A stretch of 64,000 nucleotides of DNA from assembly GCA_964252035.1 (NCBI GenBank), contig OZ176205.1; one strand, 5' to 3'. Shown piece after piece: positions 24,641 to 36,637 of the stretch (the first letter of the stretch is position 1; each line of letters begins with the position of its first letter). A program made the translations under genes and the position numbers. Under the pieces are notes generated by a model. The model was given only the letters and a program-made list of their open reading frames with translations. It was not told the DNA's origin and searched no databases. This stretch comes from Podarcis erhardii (lineage: Eukaryota).

Positions 24641-27203
24641 ACATGGAGCAGAGAGGACTTGAGAGACGGTAATGAAAAACGATACATCACCATCAGCTAG
24701 ACAATCCTATTCATACAGTCCTGTATTATGCTCACCACTCATAAAAATCCCACCAAATGACAGACAGACACAGACAACATGTCTTACAAAATCAGACACA
24801 CTCCCCACCCTCAGAGTTTCCGTGGGCAGTTATCGGGGACCTTTCCCTCCAAAATGGCTACCACTAGAGAAGCAATCCTGACAACAGCTGTTTTTTTCAC
24901 ATAAGGATTTCCCTGGGCTAGTGAAGCCATGCCTTCAGGTTTCAACGTCTTGTCCCGTAACTGGAGATGTGAGGTGTGGACTGTGAGTATACAGCGTGGG
25001 AGATGCTCAGTTTGCACATCATCCTTAAAAATACTTCTGTGTTAGCACTTCACCTAGACCAGGGCTGAACCCAGCACTGAGAGGAATGAGCTGGAGTTGC
25101 ACTGAAGACTGATTACCAGTTTTCCACCAGAAAGACCAGGGCAAAACTAATGAATATATTTTAGAGATACAAAACTAATTTTCTCCATCATGCCAAATTT
25201 GACTGGCAATTCTGTTTTGTTTTTAAATTCCCATAGCGTATTAACACAAGAAAACTGATTTTGTTGCAAATCACAGCCTTGAGTGGACTTCCTCTTGCAC
25301 TCTCTCTTGCTATCTCTAAACTATGCCTTAATTCCCTTGGAATCTGTTTGGCTTAATTATATCCCAAGAGGCATTCATTTCTGCACTTCAGGTAGAATTT
25401 TGGGGGTATACAAAGCCTCGCTTAGAATAGCAGTAAAAATATCTGCAGGCTTTCTAAGTGACTTCCTTGTAGTGCAGCGTAATGTCCCTCTCCTGGGAAT
25501 TAGTACACCACTCTGCAAGGGAGCATTTTTGTGCTATACAGTTTCTATAGGTGTTAAGACATTTCAGAAATCCAGCATGCATCCGAGCAGGGAGGCAAAG
25601 AGGACTCAAAACTCACCAGTTGCTCAGGATCTGGGCCAATCCAGAATGACAGACCCAGTTCCCTAAGCATGTCCCCTCTGTGAAATGGACTTGGACAGTT
25701 GTTAATCTGGGCTTGGTTAAGAGATCTTGCTATGACTTGTTTTAAAGGTTTCCACATTGGCTGATGTACCTATCCAGACCTCAGTCTAAGCAAAATTATG
25801 AGAATTCCTCCCCAAGTATGACTCATCATTTGACAGCACTAATTCTGGTCCCTATAATCCACAGAAACCACTTTCACTTCAGAATATGCCTTGGTCCCAC
25901 ACTGCTCCCTTTACAATGCTCCTCTAATGTCAGAGAGAGGAGAAGAGGGGCATCTGCAAGGAGACAGAAAGCAAACTGGAATCTTCCATCCTGGATTTGC
26001 AGTTAGTCCTCCATTGGGGAAACCATGATATTAATAGCCCTTACAAGGTTACTGGTTCGATCCACACATGACTATGTTCAATTATAACCTTTAATTAACC
26101 CCCCTCATAATTCTACAGCCACATTTCCTGGTCTGCAATATTTCAGAGAAGAATCTTAGGGCCAAATAAATGGGAGAACATTTCAGGCATTAAGCAATTA
26201 AATGAATTTTTGGAAGTATGGATGTTAGGCACGAGAGCCTCAATCCTGATTGAGAACCTGTTTGGAGGAGGAATTTAAACCCTTTGCCGTCACTGCAGTC
26301 CCAATCCAGACCAGGCCCCCATACCTGCTACACCAGCTATATTCACTTAAATGAACATTCATACAATTGCTAACTGAATGGTACCATGGTTAAGGCAGTT
26401 ATACTTTGGCAACAACATCGTTTTCTGTGCAAGCTCCAGTGAAATAAATGGCAACTGAGCCAAAGCATATCCATGTTTTTGAGCAAGCCCCATTCATCAC
26501 AGGAGCCTCACACAGAAGATGCTCAGGTTTACTGTGCCATAGGTTGAGTGGTTGTGTGATGCTATGGAGAACAGCTTAAAACATACCTAATGACCAGAAA
26601 GGACCCCAAATAGGATTTAAACTGGGGCAGAATTTGTTAGAAAACAATTGTCACAATCCGTTATTTCCTCAACTTTCTTGTGCATTTAGATGCCTAATTG
26701 TATGTGCCAGCTTGATTTAGCCATTATTCCCCAGTTTTGCTCTGTTGGGTGTTCCCGGGAGCACTCATTCACACACACCCCTACACACACACACACCCCC
26801 CCACACTAAACAGGCAGAGAGTGTAAGGGTCAGGGGTGAAGCAGGAGCCAATACTCTTAAGCTGAAAGGATCTCCATCCTTCACTGCTCCAAATCAACCA
26901 GCCAGGTGTTTGACTGTCTTGGCAATGGGGATGGATTGCCATTTCCGGCACAGAAGCTGTTCTACATGCAGTTCGAAATGCGTAAGGGAGCTAAGAGACT
27001 GGGAGTTGGGGGAGGGGGGCACGGTGAAGGTCTGCACTACGGAAAGATACGTCATTAGGTAGTGCCTGAAGCACAACTGTGTTTAAAATGGTAACACCAG
27101 GGGAATTGCCCGTATTTGTCTGTGACTATTGCGGGGGAAAGGGTTTGAGTATGGAGACTGCTAGCCCCAAGTGATCCAGTGCATCTCTTTTTGAACAAGA
27201 GTA

Positions 27204-27392
27204 AAATGGTACCTAGGTTTACGAACTTAATCCGTTCCTGAAGTCCGTTCTCAAACCAAATCCGTTCTTAAACCGAGGCACACTTTCCCTAATGAGGCCT
27301 CCTGCCACCAGTGCCCTTCCACCATTCAGCTTCCGTTCTTAGACCGAGGTAAAGTTCGCAAACCGAATAGTTTGTAAACCGAGGTACCACTG
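27204..27392. mobile_element. Tc1/mariner (Tigger-like) MITE
   Basis: Termini ta|aaatggtacctaggtttacgaac ... gtttgtaaaccgaggtaccactg|ta; TA target duplication. Confidence 0.8.
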
Positions 27393-29736
27393 TATATGTA
27401 GGAGCAGTACTATTTTCCACTCCCTGATCTTCCATGGATCTCTTGTGTGATCACAGATAAGAACATGCTCTGGGCTACTTCCCGAACTCTACTATAGGTA
27501 ATTCTGATTACAAAAAGTGGGAGAACACTGAACTTTTCACAGCATTGTTCCATGGATCTAGTGTAGAAAGAGGTAAGAAGTCACAATTCAATAGCTGAAA
27601 ATGTTATTCTAAAAGCAACATTGGGAAGGCAGAGTGTGGGGCAAACAGCAGTAGTGTATACCTGCCTGCAAGGACATTGCCACCTCTCTCACTAGAAGAA
27701 ATGGCTACAGCAATACTGCTTCTGGTATACAGCCATATATTCTCTAGGGGAAGGTCAGACCTCTGCTTGCTGTAAAGGAGTCATGTCTTAGCACTTATCC
27801 TCACAATATTTATGGCAAGTTTATGTCTGGCTGTTAAAGTCAGCAGTAGTTACTGCTGATAAAGGCAGGGCTCTGCTCCCTGGAACTTTCTGCCCTTGCT
27901 AAACTGCTCATCGCTGTCTCTTGGCTGCTCCTGCTGAGAACCTCACATGAACACTGGGGTTTCCTTTCCAGCAATGAGGAATTTCAATACTCGCTGCAAA
28001 AAAGCACCAGTCACCTCTGCAGGCACTGAAGCGCCTCTGGGTTCTATATTCCTATGCTTGGATTGCTACAAGCAAGGACAGGCTTTTTCTGTCTACACTT
28101 GCACCATGTGCTAGGGACTATAGCCTGGCCTCATGGGTACCTTCGCAACCAAAGATTTTAAAATGAAATTATAATGATCACCCATTCAACTCCACTTAAG
28201 CCCCACTGGTCTCTTGTGGATATCCTGGGTTGCAAGAGGAACCTGGTCCTAAATATTAACAGATATTTTTGCTTCATTGGTATCTTACACAAGAAGTATG
28301 TGACGGGCAAGAAATGGTGAATCTTATCTTCCAAATAGCTGCTTGCATCCTTACTGCCAGATAGAAAGGAGATGCACCCTTTGAGTAGGGTAGCTGGTCT
28401 TCCAGCTACTCCACTTGCCCGTTATTTTTACCTTGTCAAGAAATTATTTTTATCATATTCATTGACTTGAGAGCAGCTGCCCTTCCATCCCTTTCCATCC
28501 ACTGCTCATGAGTGGGATTCAGCTAATAAGACCATTAATGGAATCCCTATGCAAGGGCTTTCATTTGTGCAACAGGGGCTTTCCCACCTGCACCCCCCAA
28601 AATTGGCTCTTGGGCAGGGGGAGAACCCTCGGAACAGCCTGCTCAGGAAGGAAAGGGGATATTGTTCAGTCTGCAAGCCAAAATGCTTGCCCTGATGCAA
28701 CAATCACCTTAGCACGGCACTGAATCCCTCCCCACGTCTCACCAGCAAGCCTTGAACAACCCCCTGGTCACTTCCTGGTTCAGCTGAAGCTACTGGGATT
28801 GGGACCCTAATTAGGAAGAGACATCAAAGTCAAAATGGGAGAATCTGTTAAGTAGAGCTACTTCTCCCTGAGAGTGACACACCATGACAAGAAAAAGGAA
28901 TGAAAGGGAAGGGTTGCAATTCCGGAGCTTCCAAGAGTCCTAATATAAAGTTTTCTGCTTTAAAGCCAGGCGAGATGGCCTAGTTATTGCGTTGAAAGGC
29001 TTCGGAATGAAACTGCAGAGCTACACTCAAAATCTTTCAAATAAGCCCAGCTTCATTTTGGCAGGTCCAGCAAAGCAGAGGCACTGATTGCACACAGAAG
29101 GCCAGCTCTCTTTATCTTGGAGGGAGACCTGCCTATTTTTAAACATTAGCTCCCAATCCTCAGTCCAGCCCTTTGTCTCTCTTGCCTTCGGAAGGACAGA
29201 TCAAACGCCAGACCCTTGCCATTGTTTCTCTCCCAGCGAGAAGGATGCAGAGCTGTAATCTTCCCACAAAGCCACACGCTTCAAAGGAATCAAAAGTGCT
29301 TATTAAAAGTCCTGGGAAACTAATTTAATAACATCCCAAAGGGCTGGAAAAATCAGCACCGGAGGCTCAAAATATAGCCAGGGGTGAGGAACTATTTTAT
29401 CTAGCTACAGATGCACAACAGCCTCCTGTGCTCAAGAGGGAGTTTCTTCCATCTCCACAAGGGAAGAATCTACATTTGTTTTGTGCCTTTAAATGATTTC
29501 TCTGGTACTCTGCCTACTGATCGTTCTTTGCCAGGACTACTACTAAAAATCCACAGCTCTTCATCAGACTACATGGGCTCTAATGAACTGATCAACATTA
29601 TCAGTATCCTCAAAAAACTTTTATTATGAAAAGCAACCAATAATGTTATGTATCTCTCTGGGTCCCCACCAAAGACAAGGACCACACATTCAACAATAGC
29701 CCAGAATTTACAAGAAAGCCATACTAGGAGGTAACA

Positions 29737-29738
<2 letters not shown>

Positions 29739-29772
<34 letters not shown>
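29739..29772. repeat. (GT)17 microsatellite
   Basis: Seen directly. Confidence 0.95.
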
Positions 29773-29774
<2 letters not shown>

Positions 29775-29919
29775 TTGCAAATGTGGGGAGACAATAGATT
29801 AATAAATCAAAGCATAGGATAATTTATTCAATAAACTATTACTTTAAGGATTAGCTATGGGCGCTGCTTTTAGAAATAAAGTTGATGCTTAAATTTACCT
29901 GGTTTTGCATATGCCTATA

Positions 29920-30135
29920 CAGTTGTACTTTGATTTTCAAACCGTTTAGTTCTTGAATGTTTTGGCTCCCAAATGCCACAAATCCGGAAGTGACTGTTCT
30001 GGTTTGCAAACTATTTTGGGAAGCCAAACATCCAACGGGGCTTCCGATTGGCTGCAGGAAACTTTGGTTTCCGAACGTTTTGGAAGTCAAACAGACTTCC
30101 AGAATGGATTCTGTTCAACTTCCAAGGTACGACTG
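29920..30135. mobile_element. Tc1/mariner (Tigger-like) MITE
   Basis: ta|cagttgtactttg ... caaggtacgactg|ta; internal inverted arms. Confidence 0.8.
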
Positions 30136-30152
30136 TATTGAATGGCTTAGCA

Positions 30153-30288
30153 CAGGCATAGGCAAACTTGGCCCTCCAGATGTTTTGGGACTACAATTCC
30201 CATCATCCCTGACCACTGGCCTTGTTAGCTAGGGATCATGGGAGTTGTAGTCCCATAACATCTGGAGGGCTGAGTTTGCCTATGTCTG
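30153..30288. mobile_element. Palindromic hAT MITE
   Basis: Whole element is a near-perfect inverted repeat (caggcataggcaaac...gtttgcctatgtctg); perfect 8-bp TSD gcttagca at 30145-30152 and 30289-30296. Confidence 0.92.
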
Positions 30289-30384
30289 GCTTAGCATATA
30301 TTATAACCCCCAGGGGTTGTTGGACTAGAATTCCTTCAGCTACAGCCAGAAGACCAATAGGGATGACAGAAGCTGGAGAAGGAA

Positions 30385-30460
30385 CCATGTAGTTCAAGTG
30401 GTAGAGCACCTGCTTTCCATGCGGAAAATCTTGGATTCAATCCCCAGCATCGCCAGGAAA
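30385..30460 (+). mobile_element. tRNA-derived SINE head (3' truncated)
   Basis: tgtagttcaagtggtagagcacctgctttccatgc...ggattcaatccccagcatc. Confidence 0.6.
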
Positions 30461-31351
30461 ATGCACAACCCCATATTCTTAAACTCCAACTACCTTAAGC
30501 AAAAGCTTGTGCATAAAGCTGCCAATCCCCACAAACAAATAACTCCCAGAAAATAAATAAGATAGAATCAGACAGAATAAAGATTTGGAATAATTGTCTG
30601 CATCAGTGGAGCTACAACATTCTTGTAGGAAATAAAAAATGTTGGATTGTGATGATGTCCTAACAAGATTATCTCATGCCCAAAGTTGGCCTCAGGTTCT
30701 AGCAGCCCTCAAATGTCAAAATATGACTGATCAATAAAGTTATTAAGATTAATATACAAAAAATATTGTTTCTTCCAACTTCACATTTACATGAGGTTAA
30801 TACGGTGAAGTTGACCCAGGAAAAGCTGCTGTGTCACCCTGATAACTGCTTCAGACAGAATCTAAAGAATCTAAAGAAAAAACAAGCCTGCTGCAGTTGA
30901 AAGTCTCCTTCTTTTCACCATATGCAGAGTTATAGCTGTGGTAACAACTGAATTCATATAACTATTTGGAACATTTGCAGAACTTCACATACAGTACACT
31001 GCTTTCTTGTAGTTCTTACAACAGCCCTTTTAGGTAGGTCAGACTTCTTTTTGCTTCAGTAGGCATTTTAAGAAAGTTTTACTGATTAATTTTCTCTATT
31101 GTATCTTTCTTCTAACCTATGATATTAAGTGGATATAAATTGTTGAAATAAATATTCTTATCAGCATAGCACAGACTGGGGGAAGAGGGATAGAGCTGAA
31201 AGTTGGTTGCTTAAGTGAGTTTGTAACACTGCCAAAACGCAAACAGAGAAGTTTGCAAGTCACAGCTCAGTCTCTTAGTCACTATGCTACACCAGCTGAT
31301 TGATTTATCAACATAAGGGGGCATGCAACAAAATGTTGCAGCATCTTAGAG

Positions 31352-31557
31352 CAGAGCTTTCCAAATTTTTCATGTTGGTGACACCCTTTTTAGACATGCA
31401 TCATTTCGTGACATAGTAATTCAGTTTTACTAGCAAACTGGAGGTTAAACTAACCCCTTTGCAGCCCTGGGAGGAGCCCAGGGAACGTTCGTACGGCACA
31501 CCTACACACTGCAGCCGACACACTAACGTGTCACAACACACAGTTTGGAAAGCTTTG
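31352..31557. mobile_element. hAT (Charlie-like) MITE
   Basis: TIRs cagagctttccaaa / tttggaaagctttg; 8-bp TSD tcttagag / ccttagag (7 of 8 match). Confidence 0.82.
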
Positions 31558-32151
31558 CCTTAGAGGAATGCTTCTGTTGAAGGCTCTAGAGAGTCTGGAC
31601 TGAGAGACATGCAGACCTGCCCCGGCCTCTCGGGAAGCAGGGAAACTTTCAGGAAAGGTACCCTGGCAAGACCTTCCCCTCTGGTGTTACAGCAACAGAG
31701 AGCTGCTAGCCCCAAACCTCAGCATTTTATAACTATTTAGCAGGGAACACACAGTTCTGGAGATGGGAAAAACATCTCATCTCATCCAACACTACCCCCC
31801 ACCCCAGTACTTACTATAACTTGTCTGGGACTTGAGCAGGTCCATTCCTTCTCTTCTTCTGCCTTCCCATAAATGCTTTGTTCTCAAATGGCATATGATG
31901 ATTCCATGTCTCAAACAGTTCTCAGGCACAAACTTAATTCATAGACTCACACAGTTTGCCTGACCTCAAGTTTCTTTAGGTCATGTCAAAGTGGGTTTTT
32001 AAAAGTCATTTTCATTTAATATAATTCACAAACCTGTGTACTTCTGTGTACCAGGGGTGTCCCCTGAGTATGCAGAAGCCACTACCTTATTTTTGAGTGG
32101 TTTTGTTTCAATTCCACACCAAGAGGGACTCAGCTACCTGAGCTCATTATT

Positions 32152-32294
32152 GGGAGCCTGGATAGCTCAGCTGGTTAGAGTGTGATGCTGATAACAGCAA
32201 GGTCACAGGTTTGATCCCTGTATGCATATTCCTGCATTGCAGGGAGCTGGATTAGATGACCCCCAGGGTCCCCTCCAACTCTATGATTCTATGA
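32152..32294 (+). mobile_element. Short tRNA-derived SINE with CR1 3' tail
   Basis: A box tagctcagctgg, B box ggtttgatccc, tail gattagatgacccccagggtcccctccaactctatgattctatga. Confidence 0.8.
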
Positions 32295-33049
32295 GCAAGT
32301 GGAATCTGTAGCAAAGTGTATCAGTGTATCCCTGCTTCTCTTCCTGTTCTGGCGTCTGTGAGAATGGAGTTTTGAAGTGCTGTTTAGGTCTCATTCAGGA
32401 GTATCAGGAAGGATGAAGACTCTGAAGGCTTCTCCTGCCACACTATAATATAAAGCTAGAAGGCTTAGGTTTGGGCCTGACTGCTAGGCCTGAACTCGCC
32501 CAGCACAGAGGTGGGACTTTTTAGATGTGACAGCATGCATCCCTCAACCCAAATCTTCCCTGCATAATGATAAGGCTGCAGCTTTGCGCTTGAAGAGACC
32601 ACTAAATTTTTGAAGCATTCTCCTTCCCCATATAAAGTTTCTACTCTGTCTCTCAACTGTCTTCAACATTCCATACACCCTGGAAGATCATAGATCCTTG
32701 TCAGAGTGTTCTGAGCCCTCCCCCTTTAATTAACAAGAATATACTATACCTAGGAAGTCCCTTGAGTATGCACAAACCACTAACTTATTTTTGGGTGGAC
32801 CCACTTATAGAACCCTCATCCACCCAAGTTCACTATTAGAAGGAATGGTGATACTCATAGGAATGGGATAGGGACTTTATCAGAATGCATGTCTTTCTGA
32901 GACTCCACACGCAAAACAGAAATGCAGAAACTAAAAGAAATGTGAGAGAAATGTGAGGTTTCACTGTTGGACCCAAGGCATCAAACTAGGCAGAGCATGA
33001 AGCTGCCTCTATCACAATAATCCTGGCATGTGGAGGTCCAAGTGGAGTA

Positions 33050-33290
33050 CAGTCGTACCTTGGTTTAAGAACAGCTTAGTTTATGAACAACTTGGATTAA
33101 GAACACTGCAAACCCAGAAGTAGGGGTTTTGGTTTGTGAACTTTGCTTTGGAAGCAGAACATGTTCCACTTCCTGTTGAGTGTGTTCCATGTCCCCCATT
33201 GCTATGGGAAAGCACGCCTTGATTTAAGAATGCTTTAGTTTAAGAATGGACTTCCGGAACGGATTAAGTTTGTAAACCAAGGTACCACTG
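33050..33290. mobile_element. Tc1/mariner (Tigger-like) MITE
   Basis: ta|cagtcgtaccttggttta ... taaaccaaggtaccactg|ca. Confidence 0.8.
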
Positions 33291-33769
33291 CATGCAGTTT
33301 CATTCCTATGAAAACTGCATTATTTTGTTGTTTAATTATCAGTTTATTCATCTACACATGGAGATTCTGAGGGCGGGGGGGGGGGGAGCACCATGGATCC
33401 ATAGGCATTAGAACAGAGCCACTCTGTCTTCAGAACTATTCAGTACCATTTAGCCAATGGGTGTTCTTATTCTATTAGACAACTTCTCTGAAGTACCAAG
33501 TTCAAGCCTACCCAGCCTGTGAAGTGCCAGAGAACACTTAGGTCCCAAAGAACCTGCTCTGGAAGTTGGAGGGAAGGAACTTGCTTTGTGGGCATGCTAC
33601 AGCTCCTGCAAGCTAGCTAATATATGGCTTTTGCAAAACTCTGCTCAGAACGGTGAGAGCAGGGAAGCCGTCACCAGCTGCCCCTGTTTAAGGGGGTCCG
33701 ATCGGGGAAGAGGCCATTTGGGACTGCCAGAGCTGGCTACCTTTGAGAAGGGAAGAGAATAGAAGTGTC

Positions 33770-33990
33770 GACCCCCATTAGCAGGCTGCTTCACTCCGGA
33801 TCATTAAATATGTATATCTTATTACACGCCTTGTTAGAGGATCGAGCTCTATTGACTGATAATAAATTCCAAGCCTCATCCCAGCCATAAATTTATCTGG
33901 AGACGATGAAGACTCAATAATCTAGTCATGCAGATAATATGATAGGGCCTTAAAAAGATCATTACACTGGATGTCAAAATTAAAAGTGAA
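33770..33990. promoter_or_regulatory. Candidate conserved non-coding element 4
   Basis: Dense ATTA/TAAT cores, posterior-HOX/CDX CCATAAA at 33885-33891, CpGs retained. Confidence 0.5.
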
Positions 33991-34406
33991 ATACACTTTA
34001 TTAACACTGTTTCCACACTCAGGCCCATTACTTGCTCTAGGCCCTATTCCCGCCCATCCAAACCTGCTGACTGATGATTTGGGGCCAGGCAAAACAAGCC
34101 CCCGGCCTCCTGGAACTATGTGAGTGTGCAGCTAGCGCAGTGCTTGATTTCTAAAAAGACAGAAGCCAGGGTTGATGGAAATGATAGTTCTGCTCTGAAA
34201 GACTTTACTCCCTGATTCAGATACATTGGGGTGGGGTTAGCTGTGTTTTTTCAGCAGAAACACAAAGATATTCTGAACTTGCTCTGTTTATATAAGGTGC
34301 ATGTTCCAGGGCTGAGCCCTGGCTTTGAAAGCATGGTCCACAGCTGATATTGGCACATCCTGGCTCAAACTGAGCCTGACTATACCACCCTCACCATCTA
34401 GATGGG

Positions 34407-34547
34407 GTTACAGATAGGTAGCCGTGTTGGTCTGCCATGGTCAAAACAAAATAAAAAAATTCCTTCCAGTAGCACCTTAAAGACCAACTGAGTTAGTTCT
34501 AGGTATGAGCTTTCGTGTGCATGCACACTTCTTCAGATACACTTCTT
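34407..34547 (-). mobile_element. Short non-autonomous Penelope-like retroelement insert
   Basis: Resembles the reptile Penelope terminal repeat as recalled (gaaagctcatac...gttggtctttaaggtgctac...gaccaacacggcta); 12-bp flanking duplication catctagatggg at 34395-34406 and 34548-34559. Confidence 0.8.
34503..34540 (-). ncRNA. Minimal type-I hammerhead ribozyme motif (ERI3 sense strand)
   Basis: Minus strand: GUAU-CUGAAGA-A-GUGUG(CAUG)CACAC-GAAA-GC-UC-AUAC. Full conserved core, stem I GUAU/AUAC, stem II hairpin, palindromic AGCU stem III. Activity untested. Confidence 0.8.
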
Positions 34548-34829
34548 CATCTAGATGGGAACAAGCTGCAGAGCTGGCAAGTCCCATTGAGTGCTAAGAG
34601 AATCCCAATAGAAAGCACAGCACAAGCCACATTGTTCAAGCTCCACCACCCGAGAACACATCAGCAACAGCGCAAAGTCACAGGTCTGTGAGCTGCAGGC
34701 AGCCCTTGCCAAGGCCACAAACAGAGCAGTATGGTGGGCTCAGAGGCTTCAGGCCACCCAATGCCTTCTACTCCCCAGCTAGCTACCCCTCCAGACATGA
34801 TTTCTCGCTTCTAATCAGAAGGTCACAAC

Positions 34830-35310
34830 CATTTAAACCCCTTTGATTAGGGCTGGCGGCTCCTGCTCTTCTTGTATTGGCCCCACTGGCCTCTTTGTGC
34901 TCCTGCCTCCGGATCAATTGTATGTATCAAGTTTAAAGTGGTTCCACCAAGGGCTCACGTACTTCAATTCCACTATACACCCCCCTTTCCCACCTTCCTC
35001 TCCAGACAAACAAGGTGGAGGGCACGCGAATCGATAAGGCAGCACAGATCAGCTGCCAGGAAACCAATCGCAGATCAGATTGAAACTGACTTCTGCTTGT
35101 ATCTTACCAGCTCTCTCTACAATAGATTGGCTTGCAAAATCCGATGGAAAAGGAAGACAAAAGGGAGGGGGGGATCCGATAATACTCCTTGCCATGGCTG
35201 CTCTAATCTGTGACAGCCTGAGGATTTGCTGAAAACCATTATCACATCACAGGCTCCCTCCTCTCCTCCTCCGATAAAACCCTGGCTAATCTGTTTGTTG
35301 CAAGAACTGA
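34830..35310. promoter_or_regulatory. Candidate conserved non-coding element 5
   Basis: CpG-rich, CUT-class ATCGAT at 35030-35035, repeated GATA/GATT cores, repeat-free. Confidence 0.55.
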
Positions 35311-35574
35311 ACAAATGCATTTAGCAAAACAAGGAATGGGGATTCCCCACACCCACGTCAGGAAATGTGGGAAATGTGAGCAAGACCTGGTCAGGTTGAG
35401 AAGCCTGTTGCAGGAAGAGACCCTAAGCATAGACTGGTGGGAGGGAAGCACAGCAGGTGTATTCTGCTTACCTCTACAAGGCAGTTTGGTTTGCCGGTAA
35501 ATACTGGTGTTAACTGCTGTGAGATTTCTAAAAGTTTTGTCTGGTTCAGGGACTCTAGTCACTTAGGGAAACTT

Positions 35575-35692
35575 TTAATGTTTGATGTATTACTGTATTT
35601 TAATGTTTTGTTGGGAGCCGCCCAGAGTGGCTGGGGAAGCCCATCCTGATGGGCGGGGTATAAATAATAAATTGTTGTTGTTGTTGTTGTTG
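35575..35692 (+). mobile_element. L2-type LINE 3' end with (GTT)n tail
   Basis: gggagccgcccagagtggctgggg...gatgggcggggtataaataataaattgttgttg, recognised as a common lizard LINE tail; family assignment tentative. Confidence 0.65.
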
Positions 35693-36589
35693 TGATGTAA
35701 TTGACTGTAATTCCTTGGTTTTGAGAATAATCCTTGATGATTTGCAGTGTTTGCATCACAGCACCCTGAGTTCTTCTTGAGCTCAGATTTTGACCCAAGC
35801 CTGGGAAGAATTCCTCCCTCCCAACCACCCGGCTCCTATTAAGGCTGAGCAGAAAATTTCTTTCCCCTCTCCAGTGCATGGATTGCTGTTTACAACAATG
35901 CCAGGATCCTTAGAATATGCAGTTTTCGCAGGGTAGACAGACACCTTGGAAAAATCTGCCTCAACAGCTGCTTGTATCCCATTATCCCAGGCATGGCAGA
36001 TTGGGGAAAGGAAAATACAACCCTCCCTCATACTGCCAAAGAGGTGGGGGAAGAGACATGCCACTACAGCAGTAACTATTGCCATGTAACGAACCTGAGT
36101 GGCTGCCTCAGAATGGCCACTGAAAAATAGGAGGATTAGTATACTTTATCTTCTTTTAGTTCCCTTAGTTAAACCTCTTTATGTTTCTGGCTACCACATT
36201 TGTATGTATAGTTTGACATGGCAGAAAGGGGTAGGGGTGTGTGTGCGTGTGTATTACACGTTTGTTGAATGCCCTTTTAGACAATGTTGCCAGTCCTTGA
36301 GTTCTTCTATGCACTCTGGGAACCAGACACCTAACTTATTTACTCATGTAAGTTGCAGGGCACTGGCTCGAACCATCCCTGGGACCTCAATGCCAGTTTG
36401 GTATGGTGCTTCTTCCTCCCTCCTGCTGCCAGTTGGCTGCTACAGGCTCTTATTACCTGTACACAGAAAATGCGACAGGAACAAAGGGACTCTGGGATCT
36501 GTCATTATTGAAAGGGCATGTCATGCAACAGAAGCACTCATGTCTCTTGCACTCTGCCTACAGGTCCATGTTTCTTCTACAAGTGTGTG

Positions 36590-36590
<1 letters not shown>

Positions 36591-36633
<43 letters not shown>
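36591..36633. repeat. (TG)17(CG)n alternating purine-pyrimidine tract
   Basis: Seen directly. Confidence 0.95.

Positions 36634-36637
<4 letters not shown>

Noticed and set aside
30385-30460. tRNA-like sequences here and at 16724, 22880, 32152, 53190
   Set aside because: They have A/B boxes but no complete cloverleaf and continue into SINE bodies or tails; they are SINE heads, not tRNA genes.
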